64,000 nt of DNA from contig JAJRSD010000061.1 in NCBI GenBank assembly GCA_024278975.1, positions 153,320-217,319 on the forward strand, in the 5' to 3' direction. The notes beneath the pieces were generated by a model that worked only from the letters and a program-made list of their open reading frames with translations, was not told the DNA's origin and searched no databases. Positions 57,921 to 64,000 of the stretch are shown one piece after another; the first letter of the stretch is position 1, and each line of letters opens with the position of its first letter. Source of the DNA: Bacteroidota bacterium (lineage in GTDB: Bacteria > Bacteroidota > Bacteroidia > Bacteroidales > Prolixibacteraceae). The translations under genes were made by a program, and so were the position numbers.

Positions 57921-59822
57921 ATGAAAAACATAGCATTTCTATTTCTATTTCTTTCTGTTTTGTTTGGTTGCCAAAAGAAAGAGTTGTCCAAACCCAATAT
58001 TCTTTGGGTAACTATCGAAGACTCGTCGCCACAGTTTTTTGGCTGTTACGGCGATACCGATGCCCGCACACCGGTTATCGACAAATTGGCCGATGAGGGT
58101 GTTCGGTTTACCAATGCTTTTTCAACCGGAACAGTTTGTTCGCCCAGTCGCAGCACCATAATTACCGGTGTGCGTACCTTTAAAATGGGAACGGGAAACC
58201 ATCGCAGTAACTATCCAATTCCGGAATTTATCCACGGCTTTCCATACTACTTGCAACAGCAGGGATATTATGTAACCAACAATGCCAAAACCGATTACAA
58301 CGTTGGAAATGTAAAACAGTTTACAAAACAGGCGTGGAACGAAAGTTCGGGAAAGGCCGGTTGGTGGAACCGCAAGCCGGGGCAACCCTTTTTTGCAGTT
58401 TTCAATTATGCCGATTCGCACCAATCGAGAACCATGACCATGCCCTACGAATGGTATCGGAAAAATGTATATAATAAACTTCCGGCTGCTGACAGAATTG
58501 AAGAAGACGATTTCGAAATGCCACCTTTTTACAACAACTCGCCCGAAATGCGGAAACAGTTTGTGCGCGTTTACAACTCGATAAAATTAACCGACAATAA
58601 AATTGGAGAGTTACTTCAGAAACTCGAAGACGATAATTTGCGCGACAGTACCATTGTTTTCTTTTATGCCGACCACGGCGAAGGAATGCCACGCGGAAAA
58701 ACCAACGGTATTAATTTTGGCTACCGTGTGCCGTTTATAATATGGTTTCCCGAAATGTACAAACATCTCTCGCCCTGGGGAACTGCCGGGATTGTTACCG
58801 ATGAGCTGATAGATTTTGAAGACCTCGCACCAACGCTCATCAGTTTGGCGGGTGGCGAAATTCCCGACTATCTGAAAGGTCGTGTTTTGTTGGGCAAAAA
58901 CCGTTCTGAACCGGTTGACCATCTCATTCTTTCGAGCGACCGTGCGGATAATGGAATTGATATGGTACGCACAATTACCGATGGAAAATACGTTTACTCG
59001 CGCAATTTCATGCCGTTTATGCCAGAAGCGCGCTACATCCGTTACATGGAAATTGGCGACATTAAACAGGTAATGCGTAAAGAGTTGGCCGAAGGGAAAC
59101 TGAATCAGCTTCAAAAAAGTCTGTTTGAACCACGACCTGCCGAATTCCTTTTCGACATTGAAAATGATTTGTGGGAGACAAAAAATTTGGTTGATAATCC
59201 GGAATACAAAGTGGTGCTGGAGAAAATGCGCAACCAACTCGACAACAAGACTTTAAATGCCCGCGATGTAATGTTTCTGCCCGAATATGAGATCGGATTG
59301 ATTTCGAAAACTGAGACACCGTATGAATTCAGAATGGATAAAACCCGGTATCCGTTAATAGAGATTTATGCCGCAGCATCGCTTTCAGGAAAACGTGGGG
59401 AAGAAATTGCCAAGCAACAAATTAGCCTGCTAAAAGATAGAAACGACGTGGTGCGCTACTGGGCTGCAATTGGATTACGGTGCCAGAATCAGGAAACTTT
59501 AAAACCTTTTCAGCAAGAAATTATTACGGCAATGAACGACGAATATCCTCCGGTAGCAGTTACTGCCGCGGCTATTTCGTATCAGGATTTTAAAAGTCAG
59601 GATGCAGAAAACAAACTAAATGAATTTATTAGAACAGAAAATCCTGATATTGCTTTAATGGCTGTGAATTACCTTTTGTACCTCGATAATAAAGAACCAT
59701 TTGTTGAATCGGTAAAAGCTGTTCACGAGATGCCCGACCGTATTTACAACGTAAAAGCTGCTTGTGTCGATGTTTTGGGAAGCCTCGGGTTAGTTCCCAA
59801 TAATTTCCAAAATCGTAACTAA
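57921..59822 (+). CDS. S1 sulfatase (Cys-type) lipoprotein with C-terminal HEAT-like helical extension
   Basis: Lipobox LFGC; PNILWVTIED, TVCSPSRSTIITG, ADHGEG; VRYWAAIGL/VAVTAA helical repeats. Confidence 0.9.
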   Translation: MKNIAFLFLFLSVLFGCQKKELSKPNILWVTIEDSSPQFFGCYGDTDARTPVIDKLADEGVRFTNAFSTGTVCSPSRSTIITGVRTFKMGTGNHRSNYPIPEFIHGFPYYLQQQGYYVTNNAKTDYNVGNVKQFTKQAWNESSGKAGWWNRKPGQPFFAVFNYADSHQSRTMTMPYEWYRKNVYNKLPAADRIEEDDFEMPPFYNNSPEMRKQFVRVYNSIKLTDNKIGELLQKLEDDNLRDSTIVFFYADHGEGMPRGKTNGINFGYRVPFIIWFPEMYKHLSPWGTAGIVTDELIDFEDLAPTLISLAGGEIPDYLKGRVLLGKNRSEPVDHLILSSDRADNGIDMVRTITDGKYVYSRNFMPFMPEARYIRYMEIGDIKQVMRKELAEGKLNQLQKSLFEPRPAEFLFDIENDLWETKNLVDNPEYKVVLEKMRNQLDNKTLNARDVMFLPEYEIGLISKTETPYEFRMDKTRYPLIEIYAAASLSGKRGEEIAKQQISLLKDRNDVVRYWAAIGLRCQNQETLKPFQQEIITAMNDEYPPVAVTAAAISYQDFKSQDAENKLNEFIRTENPDIALMAVNYLLYLDNKEPFVESVKAVHEMPDRIYNVKAACVDVLGSLGLVPNNFQNRN

Positions 59823-59960
59823 AAATATTTACAAAATGATTAGCGATTATAGATAAGTATAAACCGTTCAACATTAACCGGTAACATAAATTCTTTAGCA
59901 ACTATTTAATTTTTGATGGAGGCAATCAAATCAATTTGTTTGAATAGGAGATTAATCCAT

Positions 59961-59998
59961 AAAAAAAGCCGCTTCAGGAAAATCTCCAAGCGGCTTTT
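59961..59998. terminator. Bidirectional terminator between the PUL and fbaA
   Basis: AAAAGCCGCTT...AAGCGGCTTTT. Confidence 0.8.
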
Positions 59999-60020
59999 GA
60001 AATATAATAGGTTGATTTTT

Positions 60021-61097
60021 TTACAAACTATCAATAGCATTTAAATCTTCGAATGCTACTTTTAAACGAGCAATCAACGACTCTTCACCTTTTCTAACCC
60101 AGTTACGCGGGTCGTAGAATTTTTTGTTTGGTTTATCGGCTCCGTCAGGATTGCCAATTTGCCCTTGCAAATAATCGTGATTTGCAGCTTCAAAAGCACG
60201 AACACCGTCCCAGTACGCCCATTGCGTATCGGTATCGATATTCATTTTAATTACACCATAACCAATTGCTTCGCGAATTTCTTCGGTTGACGAACCCGAA
60301 CCACCGTGGAATACAAAATTCACAGGTTTCTCTTCGGTGTTATGTTTTTTCTGAATATATTTTTGCGAGTTATCTAAAATTTTAGGAGTAAGTTTAACAT
60401 TACCAGGTTTGTAAACGCCGTGTACATTTCCAAAAGATGCAGCAATTGTAAAATTTGGAGAAACTTTGCTTAACTCTTCGTATGCGTAACAAACTTCTTC
60501 GGGTTGTGTGTAAAGTTTCGATGCATCAACATCGCTGTTGTCAACACCATCTTCTTCGCCACCGGTAATTCCCAATTCAATTTCAAGGGTCATTCCCATT
60601 TTACTCATTCTCTCCAAATATTTTTTGCTGATTTCGATATTCTCTTCAATCGGCTCTTCAGAAAGGTCTAACATGTGTGAGCTAAAAAGTGGTTTTCCGG
60701 TTTCAGCAAAGTTTTTCTCGCTTGCATCTAATAATCCATCAATCCAGGGCAACAGTTTTTTTGCGGCATGGTCGGTATGTAAAATAACACGAACACCGTA
60801 AGCTTCGGCAAGAGTATGAATATGTTTTGCACCGGCAATACCACCTAAAATACCAGCTTGGTGACCATCTAATTTTAAACCTTTACCGGCATTAAAAACA
60901 GCTCCGCCATTCGAGAACTGAATCATAACAGGTGCATTTACCATTTTGGCTGCTTCCATAATTGCATTTACAGAAGACGAACCAACAACATTTACAGCAG
61001 GAATTGCAAATTTATTCTCTTTTGCAACTTTAAAGATAAATTGTAAGTCTGATCCGGTTACTACACCCGGCTTAACGTTTTCAGCTATTTTTCCCAT
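60021..61097 (-). CDS. fbaA: Fructose-bisphosphate aldolase class II, type A
   Basis: HTDHAAKKLLPW, SSHMLDLSEE, LEIELG..GGEEDGVDN, FGNVHGVYKPG, VFHGGSGS, KMNIDTD. Confidence 0.96.
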   Translation of the reverse strand: MGKIAENVKPGVVTGSDLQFIFKVAKENKFAIPAVNVVGSSSVNAIMEAAKMVNAPVMIQFSNGGAVFNAGKGLKLDGHQAGILGGIAGAKHIHTLAEAYGVRVILHTDHAAKKLLPWIDGLLDASEKNFAETGKPLFSSHMLDLSEEPIEENIEISKKYLERMSKMGMTLEIELGITGGEEDGVDNSDVDASKLYTQPEEVCYAYEELSKVSPNFTIAASFGNVHGVYKPGNVKLTPKILDNSQKYIQKKHNTEEKPVNFVFHGGSGSSTEEIREAIGYGVIKMNIDTDTQWAYWDGVRAFEAANHDYLQGQIGNPDGADKPNKKFYDPRNWVRKGEESLIARLKVAFEDLNAIDSL

Positions 61098-61330
61098 AAT
61101 TATATAATTTATTTTGTTTTACGTAAAATCCTTATTCTTTGCGAAATTACGATTTCAGGGTTTGGCTTGCAAAAAACCCCTGTTAACGAAGATTAAATTC
61201 TTTATTATTTAATATTTGAATTTAAAATTATTAGACTGATTTAAACTATTGAAACAAAAACAAATGACACCTGTCAAACAACAGATGCCATTCAATAAAA
61301 AACTAAAAAAAATCTTTAAACTTCAATAAA

Positions 61331-62215
61331 TTAAACCCATTCCTCCCTTAAAACTTCGCCCCGGGTACTTATTATTACCTCTTTAACAGGTACTTTTCGC
61401 GATGCCATTTGGGTTGCCACACCTACCATTTGCGACAAACCGCCACAACAAGGCACCTCCATAATTACAACGGTAATTGTGTTAACTTTTGCTTCATTAA
61501 TTAATAGTACCAATTTCTGAATATAAACGTCTTGTCCCTGATCTAACTTCGGACATGCAATTACCATTTTGCGCCCTTTAATAAAATCTTCATGAAAATT
61601 TCCGTAAGAGAAACCTGCACAGTCGGCAGCTATTAAAAGGTCGGCACTGTTAAAATACGAAGCAGCCGGATTAATTAAATGCATTTGTATTGGCCAATGC
61701 GTTAATGCAGATGGAACCTGCTCTATCGGAGTAGCCATTTTAAAACCACTCGCATCGAATGCGACTGATGCTGAACCGGGACACCCTCCGGTAGCACACC
61801 CTCCGGAACCAACAATTGCTTCTTTATTTTCGCTATGCAAAAGTTCGTGTACTTCGCTAATTTCAAAAGGCATCGACTCGCGATTAGCTCTGATATATGT
61901 TAATGCTTGTTGTAAATACTCATTTTCACCATGTTCCTGCAAATGTTTAAGATGTGCAAAAACAGTGGCTTTTCCGCTACTAATCATTTGCGAAATTACA
62001 GCCACTTCATCATAATCTTCAGCTTCGCGTTTTTCAATTGTAATTGCATCTTGCGGACAATGTCCCAAACATGCTCCAAGCCCATCGCACATTAATTCGC
62101 TTATTAATCGCGCCTTTCCATCTATTATTTGTAATGCACCTTCAACACAATTAGGAATACAATCGCCACATCCATCACAAAGATCCTCATCTATTTTTAC
62201 AATTTCCCGTATCAT
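61331..62215 (-). CDS. 4Fe-4S dicluster protein (type often found with hcp)
   Basis: CDGCGDCIPNC..CDGLGACLGHCP; WPIQMHL; ADC; ACPKLD; MEVPCCGGL. Confidence 0.85.
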   Translation of the reverse strand: MIREIVKIDEDLCDGCGDCIPNCVEGALQIIDGKARLISELMCDGLGACLGHCPQDAITIEKREAEDYDEVAVISQMISSGKATVFAHLKHLQEHGENEYLQQALTYIRANRESMPFEISEVHELLHSENKEAIVGSGGCATGGCPGSASVAFDASGFKMATPIEQVPSALTHWPIQMHLINPAASYFNSADLLIAADCAGFSYGNFHEDFIKGRKMVIACPKLDQGQDVYIQKLVLLINEAKVNTITVVIMEVPCCGGLSQMVGVATQMASRKVPVKEVIISTRGEVLREEWV

Positions 62216-62237
62216 AATTTTACTGTTTTTAGTGAAC

Positions 62238-62282
62238 CAAAAGTAGATGATATGCGTTCAATGTGGTGTATCAATTGTTACA
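62238..62282 (-). promoter_or_regulatory. Promoter of the 4Fe-4S gene with a palindromic Crp/Fnr (HcpR-like) box
   Basis: -7 TACTTTTG on the minus strand (62245-62238); near-palindrome TGTAACAATTGATACA at 62282-62267. Confidence 0.6.
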
Positions 62283-62294
62283 AAACACTAAAAT

Positions 62295-62969
62295 ATGAAC
62301 TATCAACTTTTATCTCAATGTCCATTATTTCGTGGAATACTGGTGCAGGAGAATCAACAACTATTTGCGAAGATTAATTTTCAATTGAAAAAGTTTGAGA
62401 AAAATGAAATTGTTGTCTGTTCAGGCGATAAGGTTACTCATCTTTTAATTATTATGGAGGGAAGTGTAAAAGGCGAGATGATTGACTACTCGGGGAAAAC
62501 TGTTAAAATTGAGGATATTGAGGCACCGAGACCTTTAGCGGCAGCATTTATTTTTGGAAAAGAAAATAGTTTCCCGGTTACCGTTACGGCAAACAACGAA
62601 GTTAAAATACTTGCTATCCCTATTCCGGAATTTTTAAAAATGCTACAATTAAGTACCAAACTTCTAAAAAATTACCTGTACAGCATTTCTACACGCGCAC
62701 AATTTCTTTCGCAGAAACTCCACTTTCTAAGTTTTAAAACCATAAAAGAAAAAATGGCACATTTTCTATTACAGAAATCAGGAGAGCGACTACATTCGGT
62801 AGAATTAAAAAATACACAACAACAATTAGCCGACCTGTTTGGTGTTGCACGACCATCGCTTGCCCGTGTTTTTAGTGAAATGCAACAAGAGGGTTTGATT
62901 AAAATTGAAAAGAAAACGGTTACTTTGCTCAACAAATCAGCTTTAAACGAATTACTTCGGGATGGATAA
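62295..62969 (+). CDS. Crp/Fnr-family transcriptional regulator (HcpR-like)
   Basis: cNMP-binding-like domain, KTIKEKMAHFLL, TQQQLADLFGVARPSLARV HTH; divergent from the 4Fe-4S gene. Confidence 0.88.
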   Translation: MNYQLLSQCPLFRGILVQENQQLFAKINFQLKKFEKNEIVVCSGDKVTHLLIIMEGSVKGEMIDYSGKTVKIEDIEAPRPLAAAFIFGKENSFPVTVTANNEVKILAIPIPEFLKMLQLSTKLLKNYLYSISTRAQFLSQKLHFLSFKTIKEKMAHFLLQKSGERLHSVELKNTQQQLADLFGVARPSLARVFSEMQQEGLIKIEKKTVTLLNKSALNELLRDG

Positions 62970-63202
62970 TAACAGAAATTTAGTTATCTGATGAATATGT
63001 AATCAACTGATTGCCAAACATGAAATTTCTATGCTTTTTGCTAAATTATTCATCTGACGACTTTTCAGAGCAATAAATAAACAATAACTCCTTCTAAAAA
63101 AATCTTAAAACACCGCTTAACTATTTCAGATTACTTCAAAACAATTATCTTCGCAACTATTTAAAATTCTACAGTTTTATATTTCGCAGAAAACATTTAC
63201 AA

Positions 63203-64000
63203 ATGAAAAAATATAATCAGTTTAATATCGCGTTTGGTTGGATTAGTTTTTTAATTGCAGCCGTGGTTTATTTATCAACTATCGAACCCACAGTTAGCTT
63301 TTGGGATTGTGGTGAATTTATTACCACTTCGTATAAATTTGAAGTTGGTCATCCTCCCGGCGCACCGTTTTTTATGATAGTTGGAAGAGTTTTTACACTG
63401 TTCGGCGGTCCGGGAGATGCGGCGAGATTAATAAACTCACTCTCGGGACTGGCAAGTGCATTTACAATTATGTTTTTGTTTTGGACAATCACACACCTTG
63501 CAAAAAAACTAATTTCTGTAAAAGATGAAATCTCGTTGGGACAAACAATTGCAATAATGGCAAGTGGTTTGGTTGGTGCATTGGCGTACACTTTTTCAGA
63601 TACATTTTGGTTTTCGGCGGTTGAAGGCGAAGTTTACGCGTTCTCATCGCTATTAACTGCAATTATTGTCTGGGCAATTTTAAAATGGGAAAATGTTGCT
63701 GACGAGCCAAATTCAAATCGCTGGCTAATTCTTATCGCATATATTATTGGACTCTCAATTGGGGTTCACCTTCTTAACTTACTTGCAATTCCGGCCATTG
63801 TTTTTGTCTATTATTTCAGAAAATATGAAGTAACACGAAAAGGAATTATCATTGCGTTGGGTGCCTCGCTGGCAATTCTGGGAGTTATTATGTACGGTAT
63901 TATTCCCGGCGTTGTAACCGTTGCCAGTTGGTTCGAATTACTGTTTGTTAACATATTCGGATTGCCATTTCACTCGGGAATGTTGTTTTATGTTACAGCT
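63203..64000 (+). CDS. DUF2723/TMEM260-like membrane glycosyltransferase, 5' part (runs off the window)
   Basis: My translation from ATG 63203: MKKYNQF...SFWDCGEFI...GHPPGAP...WFSAVEGEVYA...GVHLLNLL; absent from the ORF track because it has no stop in the window. Confidence 0.85.
   Translation, partial: MKKYNQFNIAFGWISFLIAAVVYLSTIEPTVSFWDCGEFITTSYKFEVGHPPGAPFFMIVGRVFTLFGGPGDAARLINSLSGLASAFTIMFLFWTITHLAKKLISVKDEISLGQTIAIMASGLVGALAYTFSDTFWFSAVEGEVYAFSSLLTAIIVWAILKWENVADEPNSNRWLILIAYIIGLSIGVHLLNLLAIPAIVFVYYFRKYEVTRKGIIIALGASLAILGVIMYGIIPGVVTVASWFELLFVNIFGLPFHSGMLFYVTA

Noticed and set aside
58611-59237. 208-aa antisense ORF and the many other short overlapping ORFs in the track
   Set aside because: They lie inside well-supported genes on the other strand or frame, have no recognisable motifs, and are expected shadows of codon bias.

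Overview
AT-rich Bacteroidota chromosome segment; gene content and style suggest a marine/anaerobic Bacteroidia (Prolixibacteraceae/Marinilabiliales-like) organism, which is my inference. Core blocks: queD, PBP1A, topA, a degenerate arginase-fold gene, the T9SS/gliding locus porP-gldKLMN, tRNA-Ile(CAT), HD-lpxD-lpxC/fabZ-lpxA, fbaA, a 4Fe-4S gene with a divergent Crp/Fnr regulator, and a partial DUF2723 gene. Three accessory blocks lie between them. (1) 16.5-24.2 kb: a second gldK with a single in-frame amber codon, duplicated small secreted proteins and DUF4136-like lipoproteins, and a cluster of pseudogenes and an IS fragment. (2) 24.6-34.4 kb: two GH127 genes plus a sulfatase, divergent from a LytTR/LytS-type two-component pair that is flanked by two 21-bp-period triple direct repeats; the downstream one points into an ORF-less, terminated region. 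(3) 40.0-59.8 kb: a PUL (HTCS, SusC, SusD, four Cys-type sulfatases) whose only candidate backbone-cleaving enzymes are two paralogous beta-helix proteins sharing a D-x6-D motif, one T9SS-secreted and one a lipoprotein. The best candidate for an undescribed system is this PUL, possibly working with the GH127 cassette. No CRISPR array, rRNA or intact mobile element was seen. All family assignments come from motif recognition by eye; no database search was run.
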